This document shows, one piece after another, positions 10,811 through 22,850 of a DNA stretch of 64,000 bases. Within the stretch, counting starts at the first letter, position 1; the number at the start of each line of letters is the position of its first letter. Origin of the DNA: Macrostomum lignano (taxonomy: Eukaryota). Made by a program: the position numbers and the translations under genes. The notes beneath the pieces are model-generated. The model was not told the DNA's origin and did not search any database. It saw nothing but the letters and a program-made list of their open reading frames with translations. The DNA lies in contig NIVC01002423.1 of the NCBI GenBank assembly GCA_002269645.1, forward strand, positions 1 to 64,000, written 5' to 3'.

Positions 10811-12655
10811 ATGACAATGGCGTTGCATCTTGGCAACCTGGACCTGAGCAACGCTGAGCGAGCACTGACATGGCTGAAAGCATTCAAGGCTCTGGCCCGC
10901 GCTAAGAAGTGGGTGGATTCGGCGGAATCGAAAACCATCGCAGACAACTTTGTGGCCTCCTGTGGACTAGCCAGCCTTGAGAAGATTACGCACCTGGTGG
11001 CTCCAACTGAAATTGAGAATGTTTCGTTCCAAGAGCTGGAGACTGCGATCACTGCCTACCTGCAGCCCAAGAAGCGTCTGGTGGTGGCTGAACGGACGAA
11101 GTTCTTTGCCCTCCGTCAGAGCAAAGACGAATCTATCGCAGATTTTCTTTCTTGCCTGAGGAAGGCGGCGGCCCATTGCGAGTTTGATAAACTGAAGGAT
11201 TGCCAAAGCCCGGAGGAAGAAATGGTACGGCTGGCACTATTGGCGGGGATGTGTAACGTGGATCATCAACGGCGTGTGCTCGGCACGATGCAGGACACGG
11301 CTAAGGAGTTGTCAATCTCGGACATCGTCGATCACGTCCGGAACCTGGAGCAGGTCGCAAAATTCGTGGAGCGTAACGAGACATCCGGAATGCCACCGAC
11401 TACAGAGAAAGTCGGCGGCGGCGGAGTCGAAGGAGTTGTGCATTTTGCCAAGGCCGGTCATCCACGCTGTGAACACTCAGGCTCGTAAGATCCTCGATTG
11501 CAAGTAATGTGGCAGATCTCACATCGCAGGTATGTGCCCTGCCTACGGAAAGACATGCACAAAATGTAACAAGCGCAACCATTTCGCCTCGGTGTGCCGC
11601 TCCAAAGTTTCATCGGGTAAAGATATTCATCCTGCAGAGGCCACGTTCAACGATTCGAACTCTGATTGCCCCGATCTTCTCCATCTCTCTGCTGCGGGCC
11701 AAATACACGCTATTTCAGAGGCCTCCGAGACCATGCTACTCGATGGAGTCAAGATCCCCATGCAGGTGGACACTGGTGCCTCCGTCTCTGTGCTGTCATC
11801 GAAGATATGGGACGACCTGAATCAGCCGAAGCTGGAAAAGTTCAATCGGCGGCTAGAAGCGTACGATGGGCACAGCCTGAAGACGCTGGGAAAGCTTGTA
11901 GCGGTTGTCGAGCTGCGTAAACGCCTGCACCCGGTAGAGCTTATGGTTGTTCGGCCTTTTGAGGAGAGACTTGCTAGATTCTGATGCCCTCTTCCACGCA
12001 TCCGCGGTTCCGGAACCGCCTAAAGTGGAGCTCCTGCCAACAATCAAGGGCGTTAAAGCTCACATGGAGCTTGTTGAGGGGGCCAAGCCCCAGTTCTGCC
12101 GCGCTCGTCCTATCCCACTAGCCATGGAGGAGCAGATCAATGCTGAGCTGGACAAGCTGCAGCAGCTGGGTGTTATCGAGCCTGTGGAAGGGCCGGTAAG
12201 TAATTCGTCTCCCGTGGTATGGGTGAAAAAGTCCGATGGTTCGCTCAGAATGTGCGCTGATTACAAGGTGCATGTAAATGCAAAGATTAAGTCCGAGTCT
12301 TATCCTATTCCTTCCACTGGGCATCTTTTTGTAAAACTGAAAAATGCTAAGAAATTTGCCAAAGTGGATCTGCGATCAGCGTATTGGCAGATCGCTCTTG
12401 ACGAGGATGCGCAAGAGCTTTCAACAATAAACACCTCCCGCGGACTCTATCGCGTCAAGCGATTGCAAATGGGCATGAAGAATGCCTCGTTCATATTTCA
12501 AAGGGCGATGGAGAACATCCTGGCGGACTTAAAAGGCATCCTCATCTACCAAGATGACGTCCTTGTATTTGCTGAGAATGCTGACTCGCTTGGCAAGCGG
12601 CTGGACGCAGTCAAGACCAGGCTGGTAGAAAAGCAAGTAAGCATCAATGGGCTGG
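10811..12655 (+). mobile_element. Ty3/Gypsy LTR-retrotransposon gag-protease-RT fragment, disrupted and 3'-truncated
   Basis: Gag-like ORF 10811-11488; two zinc knuckles (CK*CGRSH..MC with an in-frame TAA at 11505-07, and CTKCNKRNHFASVC); protease QVDTGASVS; RT motifs RMCADY, KVDLRSAYWQI, MGMKNA, YQDDVLV. Frameshifts near 11480 and 11975. No RNase H, integrase or LTR visible. Confidence 0.92.
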
Positions 12656-12939
12656 TTTGTGTGCCATTTACTGTCTGAAAATCCAACCTTCAATTCAAAA
12701 TCAATAAAATAGGAGTACGCAAAGGGAAATTTCAAGGGAAAGCGGAAAGAAAACACTACTCAATATTTCTGGTCTTACGCTGCTTGTGCCAGTCGAGTCA
12801 GAGCCGTTTCTTCCAACCTCGCCTGGATTTCCTGCAATTAGTCGTTAAATGATTCGAAACTCTTATTTCTTAGTCCCACTATGCTAAAATGAGTCGTCTT
12901 TATCTATCTATGTAAGGTATATAATATGATAAACCTTAC

Positions 12940-14046
12940 TTAGCCACGCAAGATCGTAATTATGTCGTTTTTTAAAGAGTGAATCTATCCGGAAAGTAGT
13001 TATACCAACAAAAACGTGATTGTGTCAGCTTATGTTAAACTTTCTTAATTATCTACTATAAAGGGATTTTGATCTCGCTAGTCAAGTGGGCAATCAGATA
13101 CTTTACTTCTACATTTAGTTTTACTGCTATGAATAGTTAAGAAAAGCTGGCCGAAGTTAGTATAGTAAAGTAAAGTTACTTGCTGCAACAAACCCTCTTT
13201 GCATTAGTAGAAAAGCTAAGTAAAAAAATTCAGTTTTCTTGAATCCCATTGAAATTGGGAAATGAGTTTCCAATTTAGGAAAATCAATATTGGTTGCTTC
13301 TGAAATTTTCCTGCTGTTTGGGGAGATGAGGAGTCTAACTCTCTCCCATATTATCTATTTTTTCACTGGTCTCCGAGGCTCTGTCATTCTACGTCTTTCT
13401 TCGTGTCTTTGGCCTGTCTCTACCAAGCATTGTACTTGTTACATGTATTTGCTTGCCAATAGCTTTTCCACTTGACTTACTTAGGCACGATTCAAAGAAG
13501 CAAGAAGCGGTAGCCCCCTGATATCTCACTGTTGTTTTACCTTCTAGTCAGATCATGAGGCGAAGAGAATTGTAACTGTTATGATTCAACGCGTAAATTT
13601 CTTTAACACAATATTATGATTTCCATTCTAGAAGCTAAATTAGACTTTTTATCTTTATTTTATACTGTTTAGTCCAATAAAGAGATTCGAGATTCTGAAA
13701 TCGCTCCGCATGCTGATTAAACATATAAAATTGTAATGAACATTAGCGAAAAATAAATACTAACGAAGTGCAGTTTTATAGGTAATTATAGTAGGCTGAT
13801 ACATGTGTATGTCTATCGATTCATCTGCCAATAGTCCATACGAGTGTACGTATAACATTTCGAGTCAGAAAGGGCCTGTTCACATATCTTTAAACAATCA
13901 AGTATACTACTTCTAAGAGTGAATGGCAAATAGTACTATACCTCGTATTTATCGTCTTGGAGGAAAAATTATGCAAACCATGATCGTAAGGGCGTACTGC
14001 AACTGTTGCTGCACAGGTGTGTTAAAGTAATCGTGTGCTTTAAAAT
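12940..14046. repeat. Copy C of a non-coding spacer of about 1.1 kb, also present at about 22110-22800 and 29010-30182
   Basis: Colinear matching blocks, e.g. gtagcccc(g)tga.., ttccattctaga.gctaaa, gattcgagatt, aaattatgcaa.cca.gat, gtgtgctttaaaat. Confidence 0.85.
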
Positions 14047-14179
14047 GTCCCGTCTGTTATAATGTAACATTTTTATACAAGGGTTGTTCAAACCGCTACT
14101 CAAAGACCGTAACCAGAGTTCGATATTTTCCGCATACATGTAAGATAATCACTTTTTGCTGCAAAAGTGACCGTTAGAG

Positions 14180-15525
14180 TTACTACTTGCAGGAGCCGTC
14201 GACCGACAGTCGCAGCATCACGAAGCCGTGCTCGCTGCCCGTGTTGCCACCCGTGGTGGCCACGCAGCCGCTGCCGCCGCAGAAAGAGCCGCCGCCGCCT
14301 CCGGTGTAACTGCTGTGAGTCCCGGCTTTGCCGCCGCTGCAGCCTCCGCAGGCTCCTGCCGCTTCTTTTATGGCAGCCGCGCCTCCGCCTCCACCACCGC
14401 CGAAGCCGCCGTCAGCTGGGCTGCCTTTTCCAGCGCTGCCACCGACCCAGCCGTCGGCGCGACTGCCGCCTCAGTCTCTGTACGAGATGCTTGCGCGGGC
14501 GGCGGCGGGCTTGCCAAGCCAACCGGCTCCGCAGCCACCAGGCTAGGGTTTCTTTCGGAAGCCGCAGTGCTCTGGTCGTTGCTGCGCGGTTGTCCGTTGG
14601 CGCCTCCCATGCCCATCTGATTCGGCTGAAACCATTTAAATCTAAAGTATTGCTGTTTCACTGAGCGAAATTGAGTTGTATGCTTAGAAGTGCTACTACT
14701 TAGAGTAGTAACGTTTTGGTGATTTTTAAAGTTAGGGCTTATAAAATTTTACCTACGAAGTCTAAACGCTTCATGAAAAGAAAAACTTTCTAAATCGCAC
14801 CGACTTACATCTTCGGTACCGACAGATCCCGTTGCGTTATTTCCCGCCTCACCTGACTGTCCTAAAAAGTGAGTCATAGTTGACGATGCGGAATAAACTA
14901 TATCTGCATTTGATGCATATTGTCAAGTTGTTAATAAAAATCAATCGACAACTCTCACTATCGTACTGATACCATGGTAAGATGCGCCTCCGCCTCCGCC
15001 AGCAGCCATCAGCAGACCATTGTCCGATGCCCAGTACACGAAGCTGCCTAATTTGCGTCACTCGCAAATATTGAGAGACTTCACCTGCACCTTCACAAGT
15101 GGCGACAACAGCGGAATCTTCTGTGCTGGCGAATTTTCATCAGGAACTGTGTAAAAATATATTTTCATAAGTGAGCTTATGTTGCTGCGTTTCGTCTCCG
15201 CAGAAATCGTTTCTTTCGATTTTATATTGTTTTGCAAAAACGGGTATATTGAAACTTCAAGTCTGTTAGTCTCGACTAAATCGAGAGAGCATTGACAATA
15301 AGTCTCACTCGTGACGAAGCGTCTCACGTTGATTTTAGTGTCCAGGCCCATTAATTCATCAAGGTTTCAATCTTGAGCACTATCGATTGAGCCTCGGTTC
15401 TCAAACGTCTCGTCGGGTTACTGCCGACGCACCCAGACACCTCTGGTACCGTCAGCAGCAGCCGGCAGAGTTTGCTGCTCTTCTGGAACACCACCGCAAC
15501 GCAGCCTTTCACCCGGCACAGCATC
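14180..15525 (-). pseudogene. Pseudogene paralog (copy 3) of the PAN + ALK/LTK-type glycine-rich secreted protein gene
   Basis: PAN remnant LCRVKGCVAVVFQKSSKLC (about 15360-15525); exon-3 tail SDNGLLMAAGGGGGASYH|gt (about 14977-15035); small exon GEAGNNATGSVGTED|gt (about 14806-14853). The last exon has a frameshift and an in-frame TGA but keeps GGGGGSFCGGSGCVATTGGNT identical to the intact copy. Confidence 0.85.
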
Positions 15526-16139
15526 AGGCAAATACATGACCAATACATGATAATAACCAATTGTTTTACTATTGATTTACTCATTCATGTTAAACGTACG
15601 AGTAAAGAGTTTTTACCACTGGCTGACAGCAAAACACGAGTAGTATGTTCAATTGAGGATAAAATTACTTAATCCCCGTATTCGATTCTAAGCTACAGTT
15701 ACTTTTGATTGTTAAAGAAGCAACCGACTTTGTTCGAAGTTAATCGAATAACTTTTTGGAAGAGAACGCAAGAAATTATTTATCTTGCAAATTGTGTGGA
15801 TGCTTTGACGCACTTTATAGCTCGTAAAGAGCTATCAATGGATGAGTATAGTCCGTAACTTTACATAAATGTTTTACAAATCATGCGGATGCTTTGACGC
15901 ACTTTATAGCTCTGAATCTAACCTAACTCATGTACTGAATCCAGATAAAAGAGAAGGCTTTTACGGTATCTTTGAAAGCACTAAAATTCTGAGACCTGCT
16001 CCTGAATTTATTGACACACCTGTCGTCTAAAGACATTTAGCCCGGCCGCTCGGTGACCTCAGCCTGCGATAGCTGGAAGCAGCGAGAGGCCTGCTGACCC
16101 TCTCGGACGGAATCCCGTCCATGCTCTGCCCTCCGCTCA

Positions 16140-16355
16140 AATTCAAAACCACCACGTCATGAATCAAAAGACAACTGGAAACCCCATGAAATCCACTGCT
16201 TCAGTGATGGGTCCCAAATTAACTCCGCCTCTGGCGACGGCTACTGCATCGTGTCTGGAGGGAGAACTGTGGCGACCTTCTCCCAACACACCGGCACCTG
16301 CTCCACCGTCTTCCAGAACGAAGTTCTCGCCATCAGCTTTAGACAGAGGCAGTGA
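16140..16355 (+). mobile_element. RNase H fragment of a non-LTR retrotransposon
   Basis: A frame not in the ORF track reads EIHCFSDGSQINSASGDGYCIV...TCSTVFQNEVLAI, matching the (Y/F)TDGS..G.G and TVFQAE..AI motifs of LINE RNase H. Confidence 0.75.
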
Positions 16356-17269
16356 CACTAAAAGACACAAAAACACTCTTAGACATAATAAACACACTAT
16401 TTTGGATTGATTCAGCCCATCCCTCTGTCGAAGAAAATTTGAGAAATTCCAGATAATAGTTAAATAGTACACTCAACAGTCTCTAGCTAAGCAAGACTGG
16501 CGCAAGTACCCTACATCGTAAGAGGGTACGATCGTGCTGGCTTTGCTAGAGGGGACATCGCTCGTGTTATAGGACACTCTTCGACAGCTATTGAGCGATA
16601 TATTCAGTTTGACGCACAAGATTATGTTAAAATATCTCATGCTCTTCAATAAGGTAGTCAGCCATCAAGTCCGCGTCTATTTAAACCGAGCCTGAACGCT
16701 TTGTTGAAGCTATGAAACAAAGCGACCTAGTGAGTGCTAAACCGGCAAAGAAAATTAGACTTAGCATCAATAGTGACGCCAACACTGTTGAAATACTTTT
16801 GAGTGATATTTACGGCCACTATACTTGACGCTAGGCGCTTACAAGATGCTTCTATTTTTTACTGTGCTAAACTTCCTGTTGTATACGGTTTTGTTATTTT
16901 AAATTTTTTTGAATTGCTTAATTTTTGATCAGTTAAAATGTTAGCTTAAATTCGTCCAACTGTAGCAGGACTGAGAACAATGACAACTGAGAAGAACTGG
17001 ATGGTTCTCAGTCCTACACCGATAAATTACCATAGGAAGTTGTTGTTCCTCAGATTGGGAAAGAGGCGAGATCGAAATGCACTTTCTGTAGGATAATAAA
17101 AAAGAAATAGAGAATTCTTTCGTATATTTTCAGCAACATCGAAGAGAAAAAACATCTGCGTTGGGCAAACTGACTATATAGCATATGTATATGCAGGCAA
17201 GTGTGCAAGAGTTACAAGCGTGACGTTATGGTCTTGACATAAGGAACGCATAAGTACGTATAAAGTAAA

Positions 17270-17640
17270 CCTAGGTAAACATGACTAAATAGGCAAACGT
17301 GACTAAATAGGCGAACGTGAGTAAATAGGCAAACATGAGTAAATAGGTGAACATAGGTACGTAGGTGAACATTTAGTGTAGTTGGATGAGTAAAAAGGCA
17401 AACATGAGTAGATAGGCAAACATAACTACATAAGTAGGCAAAACATTTTAGGCAAACATTTTAAAAATTGTACGTAGGTAACCCTATGTACATATAGGTA
17501 AAAATGAGTAAATAGGCAAACTTGACTAAACAGGCAAACTTGAGGTAATAGGCAAACATAGGTAAATCTTACATAGGTAAACATAAGTAAATAGGTGAAC
17601 ATGAGTAGATAGGTAAACGTAGGTACATATGTAAACATTA
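17270..17640. repeat. Degenerate AT-rich minisatellite of about 18 bp (aaataggcaaacatgagt-like)
   Basis: Repeated taggcaaac/taggtaaac/atgagtaaa blocks. Confidence 0.75.
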
Positions 17641-18451
17641 TTACAGATAACGCAGGAAAAGTTATTGAACAATTAGCTCTTAGTCTTATAGTCTGATATT
17701 ACAAAATTGATATGGTAGATATAGATTAATGGTATAATTAGATACCAAAATACCATGTTATAGTGAATGTATATATCAAAAAGGGAAATCTATAGGGGGA
17801 CATCTATCTTATAAAGCAATTTAGTCAAACAGCAGTGGCAAACTGGTACTCAATAATTCAATGAGGAAATTCAATGGCTTTAAATTGCATGGCGTTGCTT
17901 AAACATTTTTGTCGCCTATCATTTCGGTGCGTCACATATTCACCCTACCGACTAGTGGAAACTACGTAGATTATCAAAAAACGTTTTCAAATTTTTAGCT
18001 TTCTAAAAAACAATGATAAAAGAAGAAAAAAATCCTACATTTCTGTGGCTTTAGTAAAGATATGATCGAATAAAACATGTTGCAGCCACTGATATCTAGA
18101 ATAATAATATATATGTAGTATATTGCTACATTATTCCTAATATGTAGGATTTTTGGTTATACGAGTGGTATCGGCTTCGCATAACCTACGATCGTAGGTA
18201 CTATGCCTACTTCTTAACCGTCTCTTTACCTGAGAATCTGGCACCCCAGTTAATCCCCCGTTAATTTCCCGTTAATTTCCCGGAGACTCAATTATTATTT
18301 CCCCGTGACGCTGTCATCTTGCTCCCGGTTCCCCTGGCTTTGGTTTGATGCATAAGTTTCTAAACAAAAATTATATTTTGCTTTAGCTGTAATGAGTGTT
18401 ACTTTCGGCCGCCACCCTATGCTCTCCATATCCCTGATTAATTTCTAGACC

Positions 18452-21400
18452 TCAAGCGCATGTGTAGGGGATAACAAAATCAAACATAATCCTAACAAAT
18501 CCTTGGGTACTGTTCGTGTTGCCGCCAGTGGTGGCCACGCAGCCGCTACCGCCACAGAAGGAGCCGCCGCCTCCGCCAGAAAGATCGTCATCAAGTCCAG
18601 CTCCGCCTCCACTGTAGCCGCCACCAGCTCCAGCGGTACCTACGGCTGGGCTACCGTCGCCCGTAGCAGCTCCTCCGCCGCCACCGAAGCCGCCCAAGCC
18701 GTAGGAAGAGCCTTGGCTGGAGGAGCCGCCAATCCAATTTTCATACCTGCTACCACCTCCGCCACCATTTTCGTTACTGGTCGCAACGGCTGCTCTACCG
18801 TTCCAGCCAGCGCCGCAGCCACCGTAATTTTCGTTTGACTCCGCACTAGACGGATCATTACTGCCCGGTTGTCCATTGATGCCTCCTACGCCGATCTCAA
18901 AGTGCTGTATAAATTTTTGTGTGTTGTAAAAAATTACTCATAGTTTTGTAAATATTTTTGTCGTATTTTCCTTAGCTATATTCTTTTTAATAGTAGATCA
19001 TATGTATTGGTATAACTAATTGTAACATTCAATATTCTGCAATTTTTACTAGCTATAAGAAAAATATCAAGAAACGCTAAAAGTATAGTAGTGGCATTTT
19101 CTATTTTACGTTTCAATATTTTAGCTTCTCTCTATAGTATTTATAGCGGTCGAGCCAAAAAAATTAATCATTAATTTAATCATAAATTAATTTGGTCGAG
19201 CCAAAATTATTAATATACAAGCTAGAGCTCGATAGGTACTATAGCTAGCTACAACTGAAACTAAAACTCCAGCAAGCTATGGTCTTTAATACTTACCAGG
19301 CAAACTAATAATTCACTTTTAGATATGCAAAAACCTTATTTCTACTACTAAGAACTACTAAAATGCATAAATAGTGTAGACTGCGCATATAGTTTAATAG
19401 TATAGTTGAATGCGCTAATAGTATGGTAGAATAGTATAGGAGTATAGTATAGTATACTAGAATGCGCTATAGTTTTTTACTATAGCCAAATTTACATGTA
19501 AGTAGCTACTATACGAATTTCACAAGTGTGTCAAAATTTGATGCAACTCAGGTCCTGATACGGTTTATTCGAATTGTTTCTGGTCTGTTTTTTTTAACAT
19601 TTTAGTTGTGATGACATTGAATCCTGCTTTAAAATTTAATTCTTTGGTCCTTTTTTAATCTACTTAGTAGATGGGGATCAACTAAATGAAAAAGCTTGTT
19701 TTGAGCTTTGTTAAAAGGCGTTTAGTAGCCATCAAAACGTCTTTATTATCGAGCATTATCTAAACAAAGTGTCATAAAATTACCTGGCTTGAGCCGTAAG
19801 AGTTTGAACCGTTTCTTCCAGCCTGACCGGGGCGTCCTGAAAAAAATGTTTAACCTTTTTTAGTGGATGTAAATAACTTTAGGTTTATTTAGTACCATTA
19901 TGCGTTCCGGTGCCATAACACTATAAATATAACGGACTAGGCTCGTGCAGAGACTACGAGCTACCAAAAAAATTAACAAAATATAAATTAAATTTATTTC
20001 ACCGATCTACTCTGGAGAGAGGTTTTCACCATGTACGAGATAGCAATTCATTTAACTTAAAAGCTGACGATTTTTTTTCATTTGTGAAAGCGCAGATGTT
20101 TCATTAAAAATTAACTTTAAAGCGTTCTGATTTTGAGTGTGAAGTCAAAATTGTGCCTTGAAGTTTATATACTTCGAATTAAGATATTTTGGAATATTCT
20201 TACTCATTAGTACGTATTGAAAAGGAAACTACTTAAAATGAAAAGGTAAACGAACCATGGTTGTCCCTGGAGGCTCCGCCGCCACCGCCAGCCGCCATGA
20301 GCGGCTCACTGTCCGATGCACGGTACACAAAACTTCCACCGCCGCCGCCACCTCCAACATAATCGGATATCGCGTGGCCACCAGCCTGACCAACGACAAT
20401 GGACAGCACGCTGCCGGCCGTCAGGCTGACATTTCTAGCGACCAGGGCTCCCCTACCGCCATATTTACTTCTGCCGGTGTTGTTACCACCCTCGGCTCCA
20501 GCAATCTCAATGCGATAACAGCCGGTCACGTTTATTGTTGTCTGCTGTATGCTGCCGTTTTGACCAGTGCTGGTGTCTGAAATGTGTTCTCAAATTAATT
20601 TTTACTCAACTATGGTTACAAAATGCTTTTAATACGAAAAGCAAGGCTTACTTGTGAAGAGAAGAGTGATGTTGGTGCTTAATATCGAATTAATCACAGA
20701 GTCAAAATTCTTCAGCTTGAAAACTTCAGAGCCAGGCTCTGTCCCCAGGACTCTGGACTCGCTGGATCCTTTTGAGACAGTCACCGGCCGGCAAAGACCG
20801 CTGCTCGGTCGGTACTCGAGAGCAACGCAGTCCCTCATCCGGCACAGAGTCAGGCAACCCTGCAGGGATTCCACTCCAGAGATGTTACTGACTTGGCTAC
20901 TGACTCCGGAGTTGATCGTAAGGGCACCATTGTGTTGCGTGTAGCGAGCAGGATTGCAGGATCCTGCAAAGCAATTGTAGAGCGTTAAAGAGCTGCACAT
21001 ATGCAATCTCCTGGTCTCTGCCTCTCCTTGCAGGACGCCTACTCCCCACTGACAGAGACATATATGACGGGATGGTGTACATTAGCACCGCCTGCACCAG
21101 CTGTACATGTATGCGCCGCACGACTTGGCACTGATGCTTATCTGGTCAGCCCAAGTCACTGACACCGCTAATATTCACTTGGCCCAGGGGCTAGTACACC
21201 CGGGTCCGCGGGCCACATGCAGCTCACAAAGCCTCTTTATCCGGCCCTCGGGCCCTTTGAAACTTCACAATAGCAATCCGGCCTGCTTAGGGTTTGTGAA
21301 TTGTGTCTCTTCTCATTTCTCTCTCTCCTCTCTCTCCTCTTCTCTCCCCCACCCTCTTCTCTCCCATTCTATTCTCTTATCTAATCTTTCGCCTTCCACT

Positions 21401-21569
21401 CTCATCTACCCCTCAGCTAAGAGCCGAATTTTTTAGCTGGCGTCGTGGTACGAGTAAAAAAATTGCTGACTCTTAGATAATGCAAATCAATTGGCTTACC
21501 TTGGGCAGAATCGAAGCAAAAACAGCAACAGACTAGCAGCATAAACAAGCCGAAAATTATTGACTCCAT
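18452..21569 (-). CDS. Secreted protein: signal peptide + PAN/apple domain + ALK/LTK-type glycine-rich domain (copy 2, intact, 402 aa, 5 exons)
   Basis: Exons 21569-21500, 20963-20652, 20576-20256, 19836-19784 and 18904-18452; all GT-AG, phases 1,1,1,0; total 1209 nt. MESIIFGLFMLLVCCCFCFDSAQ is signal-like; GCLTLCRMRDCVALEYRPSSGLC is a PAN cysteine pattern; [57 protein letters not shown] and GGGGGSF match the ALK/LTK glycine-rich region. No TM segment. Confidence 0.85.
21185..21300 (+). mobile_element. hAT-like non-autonomous end fragment in intron 1 (related pieces at 21947-22025, 28319-28440, 59697-59770)
   Basis: Each starts (c/t)agggg..., followed by ggccc/gcgggcc.catgc and, in three of the four, ctttgaaacttca. 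CAGGGGT...AAC starts are typical of hAT ends. No opposite TIR or TSD confirmed. Confidence 0.55.
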
Positions 21570-22850
21570 TAGAATTTTTTAACGCGATCTTGCAAAGATC
21601 TTTCCGGGCTTTTAGTAGGATGCCTAAAGTTACCTTCTACTTTTCATTTTTGAAGAAATTCTGCTGGGTGTAAAACATTTTGCTGGTTGCTAGGGCAGCC
21701 ACTCGCCATTGTCTCCCTTTGTTTTCCTTGTGAGGTGCCGGCCGCCCTCCTTACCTGGCCCAATCCTCAGCAAGGTTTTCTGGCAGTGTGGAGACGCCTC
21801 GCCTCACAATAGTTACATGATGCGGCTGTAATTTTTCCATGAATGTAGGCTTAAGCATTGGGATGGGTTGCCAGCTTCTCAAAACTCTCTGCTTGAAAAG
21901 ACTTCTGACTGGCAGTAATTTTAATTGGCAGTGGAATGGCTCAGAACAGGGGTCCCCAACCTTCTACTGGCAGCGGGCCGCATTGACAACTGGCTTGGGG
22001 TGTGCGGGCCGCATGCAAGTAAAACATTGCAGTTTTCTTAATTAGCTGCCATCATAATGCCTTTAGCTTAGGACTTTAACCGGTAGCCTCGAAAACTCTT
22101 TTAGAAATTTATTAAAAATTAATATTGGTTGCTTCAGGGAAATGAAGAGTCCTACTCTCCCATTCTATCTATCTTTTTACTGTTCTCTGCTTGCTGTTTT
22201 TTTACTCAAGCTTCGTCACTCTTCAAGTCTTTCTTCCTGTCGTTGGCCTGTCTTTACTAAGCATTTCACTTGTTTGCATGCATTCACTTGCCTATAGCTT
22301 TTTCCACTTGGCTTACTGAGGCATGTTTTAAGAAGCAGTCGACGTAGCCCCTGACGTCTCACCATTGTTTTACCTGCAAGTCAAATGACAAAACAGTAAA
22401 AAATTGTAGCCCTCATGTGTCAGCACGTAAATTTTTTGCCACAGTAAAATGATTTCCATTCTAGAGGCTAAATTTGGCTTTTTATCTCGGTCTTCTATTG
22501 TTTAGTCCAAAAAAGGGATTCGAGATTCCGGAATCACTCCACGTGCTGATTAAAAATATATAAAGGTAATGCATATTGGAGAGAAATGGTTAATTCTTAC
22601 AGAGTGCTAAATAGTCCACTCGGATAAAATTTTGATTCACAGAAAGGGCCTGCTTACAGACCGTTAACAATCAAATATACTACTATAACGAGTGAAATGG
22701 CAAATATTGCTATATCTTGGACGTAAAATTATGCAAACCACGATCCTAAGCGTGTACAACTGTTTCTGCACAGTATCAAAGTGACCGTGTGCAATTAAAT
22801 TTCAAAAAAATCAAATTCTATAAAATATAATTTTCTCATTATTCCGACAC

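Noticed and set aside
14167-14664. Plus-strand Ala/Pro/Arg-rich ORFs (also 18503-18838, 20257-20580, 49798-50373 and similar)
   Set aside because: Antisense or off-frame shadows of GC-rich glycine- or proline-coding exons.
15058-15351. 97-aa ORF inside the pseudogene copy
   Set aside because: No recognisable motif or splice support; cannot be called.
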